Virus record (IMG/VR): IMGVR_UViG_3300010340_001122
Origin: a virus
Taxonomy: Duplodnaviria > Caudoviricetes
Strand: one strand, 5' to 3'
Length of the DNA: 64,000 nucleotides
Shown here: one piece after another, positions 1 through 10,334 of the stretch
How the letters are laid out: the number at the start of each line of letters is the position of its first letter
How positions within the stretch are numbered: the first letter of the stretch is position 1
Notes under the pieces: generated by a model
Told to the model about the DNA's origin: nothing
What the model saw: the letters and a program-made list of their open reading frames with translations, nothing else
Databases searched by the model: none
Program-made: the position numbers and the translations under genes

Positions 1-130
1 TACTTTCAGGATTAAGAGTATTTATAAGATATTTGATATCATCTTTTGTTCCGATGATATCAATATCTTTAACTTCTCTTTTTAAGTCTGGGAAATGATA
101 ATTTAGTGCTTTAGATCCAACTACTAACAT
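1..130 (-). CDS. Nucleotidyltransferase-like protein, partial (runs off window start)
   Basis: Translated by hand: MLVVGSKALNYHFPDLKREVKDIDII, with GS and DxD motifs of Pol-beta-type NTases. Confidence 0.55.
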   Translation of the reverse strand, partial: MLVVGSKALNYHFPDLKREVKDIDIIGTKDDIKYLINTLNPES

Positions 131-142
131 AGTTTAAATTTT

Positions 143-376
143 TTAGTAAGAGTATGAACTTTCATCATCATATGGATAGGAAACTAACCCGGTCTCATTA
201 AATGATTCTCGATTTTCAGGCATAAGATTTGCATCAATTTTGATACCAAATTCATTTTTATTTAACTCTTCAATGATCTTATTAAACTCAGATCTACCAA
301 TTGATTCGTTTGTAAAACTATCAATTGCATAATCAAGTCTATCATATAGTTCTTCTACTTTTTCAATTTTCATCAT
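143..376 (-). CDS. Hypothetical protein
   Basis: 77 aa ORF in a minus-strand gene run. Confidence 0.6.
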   Translation of the reverse strand: MMKIEKVEELYDRLDYAIDSFTNESIGRSEFNKIIEELNKNEFGIKIDANLMPENRESFNETGLVSYPYDDESSYSY

Positions 377-605
377 TATTTAAAATTTTATTAAGTTTAC
401 TATCTCTGATTTCTTTTGTTGATATAAATCTCGCCACGTTAAATGAGTATCCTGGATGTTCTGTCACGTAAATAACAGTCTCACCATATTCATTTCGGCA
501 TTTATCTACTGTGTATTCTTTCCCCCTTTCAAGGTAGCTGTTACTAGCGATTATACAGGTTATTTTATCACCTGATTCATAAGTTTTATTTGATGTAATT
601 TCCAT
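363..605 (-). CDS. Hypothetical protein with C-terminal RDxKLxxIL tag
   Basis: Ends IRDSKLNKILNNDEN; ATG is 4 nt downstream of TACATTTG. Confidence 0.7.
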   Translation of the reverse strand: MEITSNKTYESGDKITCIIASNSYLERGKEYTVDKCRNEYGETVIYVTEHPGYSFNVARFISTKEIRDSKLNKILNNDEN

Positions 606-609
606 CTTG

Positions 610-639
610 CAAATGTATTAATTTTTTTTTCTATTCAAA
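610..639 (-). promoter_or_regulatory. Bacteroidota-type housekeeping promoter
   Basis: TTTG-N18-TACATTTG on the minus strand. Confidence 0.6.
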
Positions 640-843
640 AATTTTTTTTATTTTGATATGTCTTTTTATTTTCATATAAAAGTTTTTATGAATTGATATT
701 GTTGCCATGTTAAATCCTTTAGGTTTTATAAAAATAGTTTCACCGATCAATTCTTCTTTATCAATATCAATTCTTTCAAAAAATAATATATTGACCGTAT
801 AATCTATACCACTAATTGAAATAGGTATTTTATCTTCATCCAT
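631..843 (-). CDS. Hypothetical protein
   Basis: 70 aa ORF ending IKRHIKIKKIFE, resembling the C-terminal tag. Confidence 0.55.
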   Translation of the reverse strand: MDEDKIPISISGIDYTVNILFFERIDIDKEELIGETIFIKPKGFNMATISIHKNFYMKIKRHIKIKKIFE

Positions 844-934
844 ATTTTTTTAATACTTGAATGACTAAAAGTTTTCAAAAATTGAAAATGAGTTCAAAAA
901 TATAATATATATGTTAGAAATATTACTAAACGAT

Positions 935-2599
935 ATGAAATGGATTAAATCTAGAAAAAAATTTATTACAGAAGAAGCCAAGATAAGAGATGTTATTACG
1001 GCTAAACAAAGAGAAGTAGTTAAATCTAAATGGGCTGAAAGATATTTGGACTATGAAGAGATTGAAGCTACTGAAAATATTAAACAAGGAAAATGGAAGT
1101 TATCAGAAGAAGATAAGAGATTAGCTTTGGGTACATTTTTTACCGCTAATATGGATAGTGTTTTTGCTGTATTTGAAAATCTTCCTGCTAAATTTATAGA
1201 GTCTCTAAATAATTCAGTCGATTTAGATCTATTAAAAGGTGATGATAAGTGGGCAAAAATACTTAATAATTTTGATATTAGTAAACCTACTATTAATCAA
1301 ATATCTGTTTTAACTGATGCTATTTTTAGAAAAATATCAGTTGGTGAAACTCAAGCATCAGAAGTTATCCTAAGAGATGATAATGGTCGTCCTATTATGG
1401 GAGAAGACAATAGACCACAAAAAGTTAGAAAAGAACCAGGTGAGATTGTTTATTCTAAGAATTTAACTAATATAAATGCTTTTGTGGAAGATTTTAATAG
1501 ATGTTTTCCAGATTCATCTGTAAATGCTGAATCATTTACAAGTGGTGATATATCAAGAGTTGTAAGTAAATCAAGAGAGGATTTTAGTGGTGAGAGATAT
1601 CAAGTAGAAGTTGATGTTTATGGTAGAGATATGTATCTTTCTATACAACACAAAGCTAAAGATATTTTAAATATGTCTATATCAAGATTTTATTCTTCTT
1701 GTCAAAATCTTTATACAGGTGGATATAGAGAAAAGGTATTAGGTAATGTTTTTGATCCTAATTCAATTCCAGCATTTTTACTTTTTGATTCTAGCATTCA
1801 CAATGAAAGAGGCGAGCTTATATCAGATACTCTTCCGTTATCACGTATGATGATTAGAAATATTGAATCATTTAGTGGAAATGATTCTCAGATTTTCTTT
1901 GACAGAGCTTATCCAGATAGAATGAAAGATGTATTTAGTAAATTAGTTGAAAAATATTCTGATAATAAAGAAAATTATAAAGATGGTAGATATCTATTTA
2001 CACCAGATTTACCAGATGAAGAAGTTGGTAATTTATCAACACCATATATGGATAGATTAGGACTAGAGATTGGTAAATATATTGGTGTTAATGCGAATAA
2101 GATTTATTTAAGTGGATCCTTTGATTGGAGTAAAACTAAAATATCACCGAAAGCTAGAATTAAAGAAGTTGTGATAGAAACAACAAGTGTTCCTAAAAAC
2201 TTTTTTGAATTGCCATTTACTCCTGAGTGGGTTAAATTTAAATTTATAACTATATTATCAGCTACTCCATTTAAAAACTTTAAAACAACATCATTAGCTT
2301 TTGATAAATGTAGATTTAATAATTCAGTTCTTTTAGAATTTAAAAATATCATACCAGATCTTAAAAAGATTCAAATTAATGCTTGTGATATCAAAGACTT
2401 AACATTATCTAAATTAGAGGGTATAGATGAATTACATTTGATATACACTTTAGACCCTTCAGATTTAGAGGTTGCTCTACAAGGAGTTAGTGTTAAAAAA
2501 CTAGTATTATCAGGAGATTTAGTTTCTGAAAATAAAGAATATATCAAATCATTAAAATCACAAGGTGTGAAGATAGAAATAGTTGGACCAGTAATATGA
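935..2599 (+). CDS. Large hypothetical protein with LRR-like C-terminus
   Basis: Probable start MKWIKSRKKFITE downstream of TAATATATA; C-terminal LxxLxI-type repeats. Confidence 0.75.
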   Translation: MKWIKSRKKFITEEAKIRDVITAKQREVVKSKWAERYLDYEEIEATENIKQGKWKLSEEDKRLALGTFFTANMDSVFAVFENLPAKFIESLNNSVDLDLLKGDDKWAKILNNFDISKPTINQISVLTDAIFRKISVGETQASEVILRDDNGRPIMGEDNRPQKVRKEPGEIVYSKNLTNINAFVEDFNRCFPDSSVNAESFTSGDISRVVSKSREDFSGERYQVEVDVYGRDMYLSIQHKAKDILNMSISRFYSSCQNLYTGGYREKVLGNVFDPNSIPAFLLFDSSIHNERGELISDTLPLSRMMIRNIESFSGNDSQIFFDRAYPDRMKDVFSKLVEKYSDNKENYKDGRYLFTPDLPDEEVGNLSTPYMDRLGLEIGKYIGVNANKIYLSGSFDWSKTKISPKARIKEVVIETTSVPKNFFELPFTPEWVKFKFITILSATPFKNFKTTSLAFDKCRFNNSVLLEFKNIIPDLKKIQINACDIKDLTLSKLEGIDELHLIYTLDPSDLEVALQGVSVKKLVLSGDLVSENKEYIKSLKSQGVKIEIVGPVI

Positions 2600-4260
2600 G
2601 TAATTTAAAATATATTAAGCTTTTTGAAGCGTTTGAGTCAATTAAATTGACCAAAACATTAGGATTTATTGATAAAAGTGCTAAAGATAATTTTATATCA
2701 CAATTAAAGTCAATAGCCAACAAAATGGATTTTCCACTTTCAAAATACACTGATGATTATTTTCAATATCTACCTTTTAAAAAGGCACTTGACTTGAATC
2801 AAACTATTGAGGATCAACCGTGTGATGCTACATCAAGAGCGGAGTTTCCACAATATGCTATAGAAGGTGAGACTTGTCAAGGAGGTAGACTAAAAAGATT
2901 ATGGGGAGCTAGACCTAGAAGTGTTGTCTGTCCAGCTTGTGATGGTACTGGTATAAAGAAAAAAACGAAATTTGATATTAAATGGATAAAATTCTGGTTT
3001 AATAGAGATGGTAAATATGTTGCAATAACTGGTACAGATGGTAGAGTAAGAGATCAAATTTTGGATAGATCAGGATTTAATTTACCTGATGTATCTGGTA
3101 TAAGAGAAACATCACAGGATATTAATGATTATAAGACTGTTACTGAGGTAAGAAGTCCATCAGAGATATCAAAATTTCCAAGTGGTACTTTTATAAAAAT
3201 AAATATTGAGCGTACCGAACTAATTGGTAGAATTTGGAATGACAGAAGTGGTTCTTATGTTATTCAGAATACTAATGATGGTGGAGATTCGAATGAAACC
3301 AATGATTGGCGAATGTATGGTAGATACTCGTGGAGTGTAGGCGGAGGTGATTATAGAGGAACTCCAGTTATTCTTATTCCAAAAGGTGTAGAGTTTTCAA
3401 AAGATGATGAGCAAGTTGACCCATATACTTGGAACGCAACAATTGATCTTAGAAGATTTGTTCTTGATAGTGATCGAAACATGAAGATAAAATTATCTGA
3501 TGCTCATTTTGCAATAGTATTGGATTATCTTGAATTGAAGAAGTCAGGATTTAAAACTAAACAACAAATATCTACTGAAAGAGGTGAGCAAAAATCAGGA
3601 GCAACTGCTTTCATCAGTGATGAAGAAGTAAGAAAAGCTAATATTAGCAGATATATTGAAACTATTACGAAAAATATTTCATTATCTTCAGATTTTTCCA
3701 ATATGAGTAGTATGGTATTTAGATTTTTCGGATTTGGTAATTTTGGATATTATGTACTAAGAGGAAGACATTTTAGTGATTTCAATTCACTATTGACCTA
3801 TATATATAGATTCTTAAAAGAGACTGATGAGTCAGATAAAAAGGACTATTATGATTCAATAGTTAGTTATATAAAAAGAAAATCTGAAGTAAATACAGAA
3901 TTTAATATAAATGTTGATAAAGTGATTAAAGATTTTTATAGTAAATCATCACCAAGTGATAAAAAATTAGAGATGATGAAAAAGATTGAAGAATTAAATC
4001 GAATTATTTATAATAAATTTAAGTCTTCTAAAATTGAATGTCTTGAAGATTTAGAAGTTTTTTATCAAAAAATTGAGAGTATAAGAAATATTTGGAAAAA
4101 TTCTGATAGATTTGATAAATCTAAAAAAATCTACTATGCAATTGAACAACTAAGTGATGATTATAGATTCAGTAGATATATGAATGATGTAAATGATAGA
4201 GATGTTGATTCTATATTAGAGGAATTGGATAGGTTTATTAAAGTTATTGAACGAATATAA
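2596..4260 (+). CDS. Hypothetical protein with DnaJ-type zinc-finger motif
   Basis: CPACDGTG motif; N-terminus LKYIKLFEAFE; ATGA overlap with upstream gene. Confidence 0.75.
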   Translation: MSNLKYIKLFEAFESIKLTKTLGFIDKSAKDNFISQLKSIANKMDFPLSKYTDDYFQYLPFKKALDLNQTIEDQPCDATSRAEFPQYAIEGETCQGGRLKRLWGARPRSVVCPACDGTGIKKKTKFDIKWIKFWFNRDGKYVAITGTDGRVRDQILDRSGFNLPDVSGIRETSQDINDYKTVTEVRSPSEISKFPSGTFIKINIERTELIGRIWNDRSGSYVIQNTNDGGDSNETNDWRMYGRYSWSVGGGDYRGTPVILIPKGVEFSKDDEQVDPYTWNATIDLRRFVLDSDRNMKIKLSDAHFAIVLDYLELKKSGFKTKQQISTERGEQKSGATAFISDEEVRKANISRYIETITKNISLSSDFSNMSSMVFRFFGFGNFGYYVLRGRHFSDFNSLLTYIYRFLKETDESDKKDYYDSIVSYIKRKSEVNTEFNINVDKVIKDFYSKSSPSDKKLEMMKKIEELNRIIYNKFKSSKIECLEDLEVFYQKIESIRNIWKNSDRFDKSKKIYYAIEQLSDDYRFSRYMNDVNDRDVDSILEELDRFIKVIERI

Positions 4261-4335
4261 TAAATGATTACTAAAACAACATGGTATTTTACCATATAAT
4301 TTGTATAGTTAAATTATTTACATTATATTAGTAAT

Positions 4336-4851
4336 ATGATAGATCCGAAACAATTTGGAAATTCTGAAAAAGATCCAGTTTATGGATATTTGGAAAATCC
4401 TCGTGAACTTATTTTTATTGACATGGATGGAGTCTTAGCAGACGCTGAAGCTAAGATGGAATACTGGAGTCAAAAACTTGGAATGACAACAACTGAACTC
4501 TTTAAAAAGAAGTTGTATCATATGCCTGGTTTCTATGCTGACCTACCACCAATGCCAGGTGCCCCAGAAGCTTTTGAGAAACTTTGTGAAAAATATGAAG
4601 TTTATATTTTAACCGCACCAAGTTGGGAAAATCCATCTTGTTATACTGATAAACGATTATGGGTAGAAAAATATCTTGGTCAATCTGCTTATAAAAGATT
4701 GATTATATCAAATGATAAGTCACTTTTCTCAGGAAAAGCTCTAATAGATGATAGAACAAAGTATGGTGTTACTAAATTTGGTGGTGAACATATACATTTT
4801 GGAAGTGAATCTTTTCCAAATTGGGAATCAGTATTGAAATATCTAATCTAA
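4336..4851 (+). CDS. 5'(3')-deoxyribonucleotidase (NT5C, HAD family)
   Basis: FIDMDGVLAD, ILTAP, K..WV.KYL and LIDD motifs. Confidence 0.9.
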   Translation: MIDPKQFGNSEKDPVYGYLENPRELIFIDMDGVLADAEAKMEYWSQKLGMTTTELFKKKLYHMPGFYADLPPMPGAPEAFEKLCEKYEVYILTAPSWENPSCYTDKRLWVEKYLGQSAYKRLIISNDKSLFSGKALIDDRTKYGVTKFGGEHIHFGSESFPNWESVLKYLI

Positions 4852-4952
4852 TGAATAAACTAATAAAGTTTTTCGAAATTAAGTTTGGTTGGTTTTTCAT
4901 CAACGGTAATAAACAAGATGCCTGGGAAAGGTACTTGAAAAATAAATATAAA

Positions 4953-5159
4953 CTACCTTAATATTTTTGGTGTTCCGATCAACGAACTATCTGATAAAGG
5001 ATACCACCTAAAGTGTGTAGTGTCTACATACATTAGACGTTCTCTTCTCTCCACCCTTTCATTTCTTCTAATATTTCTCTGCATCTTTCTATATTCTTTT
5101 GGTATATGTGGTTTACTACAAGAAAAAAATATTAAAATAAAAATTGAAAGATATCTCAT
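4953..5159 (-). CDS. Small putative lipoprotein
   Basis: MRYLSIFILIFFSC lipobox-like signal. Confidence 0.5.
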   Translation of the reverse strand: MRYLSIFILIFFSCSKPHIPKEYRKMQRNIRRNERVERRERLMYVDTTHFRWYPLSDSSLIGTPKILR

Positions 5160-5178
5160 AATGTTATATATTTGTTTT

Positions 5179-5682
5179 ATGAAAAACATTTTTATCCTTC
5201 TTTGTCTGATTGTTTCAATCTCTTCTTGTAAAACTCGTGAAATCATGAGTAAAGGACTTATCAGTGAATATAATCTAACTGACGAAATACTTCTAAATAC
5301 TGAGGTCTATGTGACTGATCCTATTCGATTAGTGTTTGATACTACTATTCAGACTCCAGACAATAGAAAGGGGTTTATATCAGTTGAACAAAATCAAATT
5401 GTTGAGAAAGTTAATGTTAGAGTACAATCTAAAGGAATAATTACAAGTATTGATTATTTTGGTAAAAACTTAGTAGTTGGAGTTCTTTTTGAAAGAAAGG
5501 CAGAACCTATTTATTTTTCTATGAGTAAAAGAGGAGTTCTTGAATTAGTTGTTATTAAAAATAAAGTTAGATATAATGATCACAACTATGATTTAGTTTC
5601 TAATGAAATTCCTTACCTAGAAGTTATTGTTAAAAAGAATAAAAGACTAAATAAGTCTAAAGTTGTTATGACTGGTTATTGA
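5179..5682 (+). CDS. Putative lipoprotein
   Basis: MKNIFILLCLIVSISSCK signal; ATG is 4 nt after TATATTTG (5167-5174). Confidence 0.7.
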   Translation: MKNIFILLCLIVSISSCKTREIMSKGLISEYNLTDEILLNTEVYVTDPIRLVFDTTIQTPDNRKGFISVEQNQIVEKVNVRVQSKGIITSIDYFGKNLVVGVLFERKAEPIYFSMSKRGVLELVVIKNKVRYNDHNYDLVSNEIPYLEVIVKKNKRLNKSKVVMTGY

Positions 5683-6490
5683 TATAATCAATCATTTTTT
5701 CAATTAGTATATCTGCCTTATTAAAGAATTCAGAATTTCTGTCCATATCTAGATTAGCTTGGTAATAATCGATTCCTTCATTTATATAGAAGGATTCAAC
5801 TAAATCATCTGGTGCATTTATTCCAGAGTATCTACATTGATAGACAAGCGGCATAACCGCATTTCTAACATCCCAATTAGTATCACCAGTATCTGGTTGA
5901 TTACCATCATAATCATTAGCACCATTATCACCGTGTGCGTAAAATCCTACCCATTTACCTTCAAGATGGTTTTTAAGCATATCTTTATATTGACCACTTA
6001 GTTCGGCCTCTCCAGTCAAATCAGAGTTTTTGATATTTTTTTTCCCAAAAATTTGAACAGCTTGTTCTTTAGTGATTGTTTGATTAGCACAAACTAATCT
6101 ATCAAACATTGCCTTTACCTGTGTTGAAACCGAATACCAATGTATTGGAGTTATGATTATAAAACCATCACAAGATTCCAACTTATCATAGATATCAGCA
6201 TCATACATTAAATCGGGTAGTTTCTGTGAGTTCTTTGAATAACACGAACATTTCCAATGACAATGCATTCCGTTCGCGGTTGAGATACAACCTTTACAAG
6301 GTTGTATATTTACTTGACCGACACTTAAATCTATTATTTCTAGATTTGCAAAAGGTATCCATCTATCTATAAGATATTCAGCAACTTTTTGACTTTTGGG
6401 TATTTGATTGGCACAACTATTTTCTTTTCTTGGAGATCCCTGAAATATTAAAATATTTGGTTTACTATCTGAAATTTTTCTGATTATCAT
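5666..6490 (-). CDS. Flavodoxin-fold NADPH-dependent FMN reductase / iron-sulfur flavoprotein-like
   Basis: GSPR, CKGC..C..C..C cluster, TPIHWYSVSTQVKAMFDRL. Confidence 0.85.
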   Translation of the reverse strand: MIIRKISDSKPNILIFQGSPRKENSCANQIPKSQKVAEYLIDRWIPFANLEIIDLSVGQVNIQPCKGCISTANGMHCHWKCSCYSKNSQKLPDLMYDADIYDKLESCDGFIIITPIHWYSVSTQVKAMFDRLVCANQTITKEQAVQIFGKKNIKNSDLTGEAELSGQYKDMLKNHLEGKWVGFYAHGDNGANDYDGNQPDTGDTNWDVRNAVMPLVYQCRYSGINAPDDLVESFYINEGIDYYQANLDMDRNSEFFNKADILIEKMIDYINNQS

Positions 6491-6506
6491 ATATTATATA
6501 TTAAAA

Positions 6507-7496
6507 TCATTCTGTATATATTGGACCTGTACTAATATTATTAGTTAAGTTTAATTGAATTGTATCTTTAATTAATATTCCACAATTTTCTACTACTGCT
6601 ATATATTGTGTTGTTGTTTGATCACAAACATTTATAATTGGTGAGCTACTAATAAAATTACCATTAATATCAGTCCATCTGAAAGAACTTGATATTGAAC
6701 CACTTGGTGAAAATCTCCAAGCCTCTGGTGTGTTTAATATAGTCCAATTTCCGGTATTTCTACCAGGAGGAGCATATCCTATTGTTCCTAAATCATTTTG
6801 TATACCAAGACAAGCTCTACCACCGTTCCAAGATCCACATGTTTGTTTTCTTTCTACATGTATCTCAATTATATTTGTTAATTCATATAATATAATCTGA
6901 AATTTAGATCGATTCAAGATACAATTATAATGTGGTATATTATTATACGATATTACAAATTTTCTACAAGGATAAGTTCCAGATAAACCATATCGAACTT
7001 CACCACAATTTGGTTGACAAGGTTCAGTAGGATCTGATGCTGCTGATGGATCTATATCATGATATAATCCAATCATAGGTCTTGGAAATCCCGGAGCTGG
7101 AGTTGCCCAATTTGTAGGTATTGGGTTAGTAAATGGCCATGGACAATATAAACCACTATAAGATAAATTGAAAGATATAACACCATTTGTTCCCAAAACA
7201 AACTGATTATATTGTTGTCCAAAAAAACAAAAGGTAAAGGGTAAATTTATAATACCGGACCATCTATCATCAATTGGTATAGTATATAGAATTCCTGATG
7301 TATATGAGAGTGGATTATATGGGATTGATGTTATATTATAAGAAGTAGTCTCATTGAATATAGAATAGTTTGCTATTAAATTTCTACATGTATCTGTACA
7401 TGATAAGTTTTGATCAGATCCAGCATTTAGAAAAGCACATTGTGTATAACTTATTTTAACTGAAAATAACAATATAACTAAAAATAAATACTTCAT
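6507..7496 (-). CDS. Secreted Bacteroidota adhesin-like protein
   Basis: Signal peptide; NAGSDQ, DDRWSGIINLPFTFCFFG, FQIILYE.TN.IE and GIQN motifs like Bacteroidota surface proteins. Confidence 0.65.
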   Translation of the reverse strand: MKYLFLVILLFSVKISYTQCAFLNAGSDQNLSCTDTCRNLIANYSIFNETTSYNITSIPYNPLSYTSGILYTIPIDDRWSGIINLPFTFCFFGQQYNQFVLGTNGVISFNLSYSGLYCPWPFTNPIPTNWATPAPGFPRPMIGLYHDIDPSAASDPTEPCQPNCGEVRYGLSGTYPCRKFVISYNNIPHYNCILNRSKFQIILYELTNIIEIHVERKQTCGSWNGGRACLGIQNDLGTIGYAPPGRNTGNWTILNTPEAWRFSPSGSISSSFRWTDINGNFISSSPIINVCDQTTTQYIAVVENCGILIKDTIQLNLTNNISTGPIYTE

Positions 7497-7573
7497 TTTA
7501 ATTATATCAACATATATTTTTAAGTTTTCAACTTTATATTATAATTTTTCTATAAAATAAAAAATAATATAAT

Positions 7574-8275
7574 ATGCCAAAAGCTTTAGTAGTAAACAAA
7601 GAGAATATAGTTCCAAAGGAAACTTATTATCTACTTATAGTAGATGCATCATCATCTATGAATCCTTTAACAAAATCTACAATTAGTGGAGTAAATGAAC
7701 AAATAGATTCTATTAAACAACTTGAAAAAGAATTCCCAGATCAAAAATATAATATGTCATTTATGCATTTTAATAATACAGTAACTATTGAATATACAGA
7801 TCGTCAATCGAGTGCGTTAGAACATATCTCAGAAACCAATTATAAGTGTTCTGGAATGACTGCTCTATTAGATGCTATTGGAGTAGGAGTTCGTGATTTA
7901 AATGAGAAAATAGGTGATAAGATTGCGTCTGGTGAGGCAGCAGCAGTTGTTGTTATAGTAACAGATGGTGAAGAAAATGCATCAAGAGAATTTGATGGAT
8001 CAAAAGTGAAATCAATGATTGAAGAATTACAAGCAACAAATCGATGGACATTCACATTTGTTGGTGCTAATATTGACTCAATATCAACTGCATCAAGATA
8101 TGGAATTAATGTTAAAAATGTCATGCAATTCTCTGGTGATGAACTTTCAAATAAAAAAGTATATGCGTCAATGGCAAAATCATTTAAGTCAAGAGCAGTA
8201 TCGATGGATTCGGGTGTATCATATCAATCTGATACATTCTTAGCTGATGAAGATAAAGATGTAACAAGTAAATAA
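7574..8275 (+). CDS. von Willebrand factor A domain protein
   Basis: MIDAS DASSSM, TALLDAIG, VTDGEENAS, FVGAN. Confidence 0.9.
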   Translation: MPKALVVNKENIVPKETYYLLIVDASSSMNPLTKSTISGVNEQIDSIKQLEKEFPDQKYNMSFMHFNNTVTIEYTDRQSSALEHISETNYKCSGMTALLDAIGVGVRDLNEKIGDKIASGEAAAVVVIVTDGEENASREFDGSKVKSMIEELQATNRWTFTFVGANIDSISTASRYGINVKNVMQFSGDELSNKKVYASMAKSFKSRAVSMDSGVSYQSDTFLADEDKDVTSK

Positions 8276-8279
8276 TTAT

Positions 8280-8305
8280 AAAACCCACTCAAATGAGTGG
8301 GTTTT
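8280..8305. terminator. Bidirectional intrinsic terminator
   Basis: AAAACCCACTCA-AA-TGAGTGGGTTTT between convergent genes. Confidence 0.85.
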
Positions 8306-8600
8306 ATTTTTTAAATACTGTTGGTAAAATATCAATATTATATTTTTTAGCAACTGTAATCACAAGTGGGAGTAATAAAGATGATCCAGGTATAACTGTA
8401 AATGGAATTCCTATTCCTAAAATTTTAATGAAATCTATCATTTGATATCTAAATTTTTCTTTATCTTCTTTAGATATTTTTTCACCCATAGCATATCTTT
8501 TTAAGATAATTGCTGCCTCAGATTTTTCATAACCTTGTAGTTTTATCCTTTTAAGAAAGTCAACTATTGCTAGGTTTAATTTAGTAAGTTCTTTTTTCAT
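8304..8600 (-). CDS. Small membrane protein, LETM1-like
   Basis: KILGIGIPFTVIPGSSLLLP hydrophobic hairpin. Confidence 0.55.
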   Translation of the reverse strand: MKKELTKLNLAIVDFLKRIKLQGYEKSEAAIILKRYAMGEKISKEDKEKFRYQMIDFIKILGIGIPFTVIPGSSLLLPLVITVAKKYNIDILPTVFKK

Positions 8601-9382
8601 CAGATAGATGCTAAAAACATTTTACTTTCCTTTTCTCTTCTTAGTGCTAATCCTGGAAATTTCTTACTAATTTTAAATTTTTTAATACTATTACCAGTTG
8701 CTGAATAGTCACCTTTTTTAAGATGCTTAACAACTTCTGATCTTCTTAATCCACCAACACCTGCGTTAAATGCGATTGAAACCAAAGCATCAAACATACT
8801 TTGTGTTATTGGAACAACAACATCATCATCTTTTTCCCAGTCTTTAAACATTCTTCTAACACCGTCTGCTGCCTCTTTTAAATCTTCTTTAAGAAAAGCA
8901 TCAGCTTGTTCTGGTGTTATTTTTTGACCTACTCTAATTTCTGATCTAGCAATTTTTTCAGCGTGTCCATATCCAACAGTAATCATGCCATCACCGATTT
9001 TATAAGCTTTTAATTTACACTTTTCTTCTTTCTTAATATGATTCCAACCATCTTTAGATAACTTCCATTCATATCCTTTTTTATATTTTTCTTGTTTATC
9101 TTCGCATAATTCTGTTGCTATTTGCTTGGTTTCATTATCAGCTGAAGATGAGTTAATAATTTGAACAACATTAGTAACAGTATTAAATAATAAAAGAGAT
9201 CCAATTGCGTATTTTATTATTTTTCTTTTAGCTTCTTTAGATAAACCTTTTATTTTTCTAAGTGTATTATCCCAAATTGACTTTATATCCGCTGATTCAT
9301 TAATAGAATAGTCAATATACTCGATTATTTGATTAACTATTAGTTCTTCATTATAACTCTTAAAAGACGAAATGTGTTTCAT
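8600..9382 (-). CDS. GH24 phage lysozyme with N-terminal extension
   Basis: EE..LKAY..GDG.ITVGYGH, ITQSMFDALVSIAFNAG, GLALRREKE. Confidence 0.88.
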   Translation of the reverse strand: MKHISSFKSYNEELIVNQIIEYIDYSINESADIKSIWDNTLRKIKGLSKEAKRKIIKYAIGSLLLFNTVTNVVQIINSSSADNETKQIATELCEDKQEKYKKGYEWKLSKDGWNHIKKEEKCKLKAYKIGDGMITVGYGHAEKIARSEIRVGQKITPEQADAFLKEDLKEAADGVRRMFKDWEKDDDVVVPITQSMFDALVSIAFNAGVGGLRRSEVVKHLKKGDYSATGNSIKKFKISKKFPGLALRREKESKMFLASI

Positions 9383-9427
9383 ATTTGTATATATAAAATA
9401 AAAGATTTTATTTTTAATATATAACTT

Positions 9428-9619
9428 ATGAAAAATATCAAAACATATTTAGAATTTAAAGAACCTACTGTTGAGTGGGAACAATTAGCAAAAGATTTTC
9501 GTGAAGATAAAACTTATGATGAAAAAACATCTTTAGCTGCTAATCCATTTGATGCAAAAGATATTAAAGAAATTCAACCAGCCAATATGGTTATTAAAGA
9601 TAAGAAGAAAGAAGATTAA
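9428..9619 (+). CDS. Hypothetical protein
   Basis: MKNIKTYLEFKE N-terminal tag after TAATATATA. Confidence 0.6.
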   Translation: MKNIKTYLEFKEPTVEWEQLAKDFREDKTYDEKTSLAANPFDAKDIKEIQPANMVIKDKKKED

Positions 9620-9840
9620 TTTTTAAAAATCAAATCTATTTTTAGATCTCTACTTTCATCTATTGACATGAAATATCCGGCGTAATAAAACTGATTATTT
9701 TCAAAATCATCAATTATAATATATCCTGGATTTCCATGATAAAATCCAGCTGGATTAGTAGAAGATAAATCATCAATAACTTCATATACCTTTAAATATG
9801 TAAGTGTTGATATATCGTTTACTTTACAAACAACTTTCAT
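9616..9840 (-). CDS. Hypothetical protein with C-terminal tag
   Basis: Likely start MKVVCK; ends SRDLKIDLIFKN. Confidence 0.6.
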   Translation of the reverse strand: MKVVCKVNDISTLTYLKVYEVIDDLSSTNPAGFYHGNPGYIIIDDFENNQFYYAGYFMSIDESRDLKIDLIFKN

Positions 9841-10036
9841 TTTCAATTGATCCGATACAAACATTATTTTTATCAATTTTGTTATTTATTCCCCAGGTAT
9901 CATTTATAATCATATGACAAGCATGAACTCCACTCTGAATATATCCCTTTTCTGTCATTTTAGAAACATACCCAGGCCACTTTTCACTATGCACTGATTT
10001 AGTGTTCCATGGACATTCTTTACAAGATTTTCTCAT
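9824..10036 (-). CDS. Small Cys/His-rich protein
   Basis: CKECPW...HACH...C.G. Confidence 0.6.
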   Translation of the reverse strand: MRKSCKECPWNTKSVHSEKWPGYVSKMTEKGYIQSGVHACHMIINDTWGINNKIDKNNVCIGSIENESCL

Positions 10037-10311
10037 TTCAATATAAGTTTAATTCTTTCATCACGTTCATCTTCTTTGGTGACTATTCTGTAAATAGAAT
10101 TTAAAGTTCTAAATTCTTTATCACCAATTAATTCAGTAATTGGTGTTGTTCTCAATTCTGGAAATCCTAAATCATTAAACAAATAAAAAGACATACCAAC
10201 TTCTGGCCAATTTTCGAATTGACCAGAAAAAATATCACCGGTTTTAATTTGCATATATATTTCATCTTTGTTTGAAATATTCTTTATTTTAAAGACTTTT
10301 GCTTTTATCAT
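10033..10311 (-). CDS. Hypothetical protein with C-terminal tag
   Basis: Ends ERDERIKLILK. Confidence 0.65.
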   Translation of the reverse strand: MIKAKVFKIKNISNKDEIYMQIKTGDIFSGQFENWPEVGMSFYLFNDLGFPELRTTPITELIGDKEFRTLNSIYRIVTKEDERDERIKLILK

Positions 10312-10334
10312 ATTAAAAATTAAATATATAATGT

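Noticed and set aside
7574-8275. Ro60/TROVE partner for the Y RNA-like element
   Set aside because: It is a stand-alone vWA domain with no TROVE helical domain.
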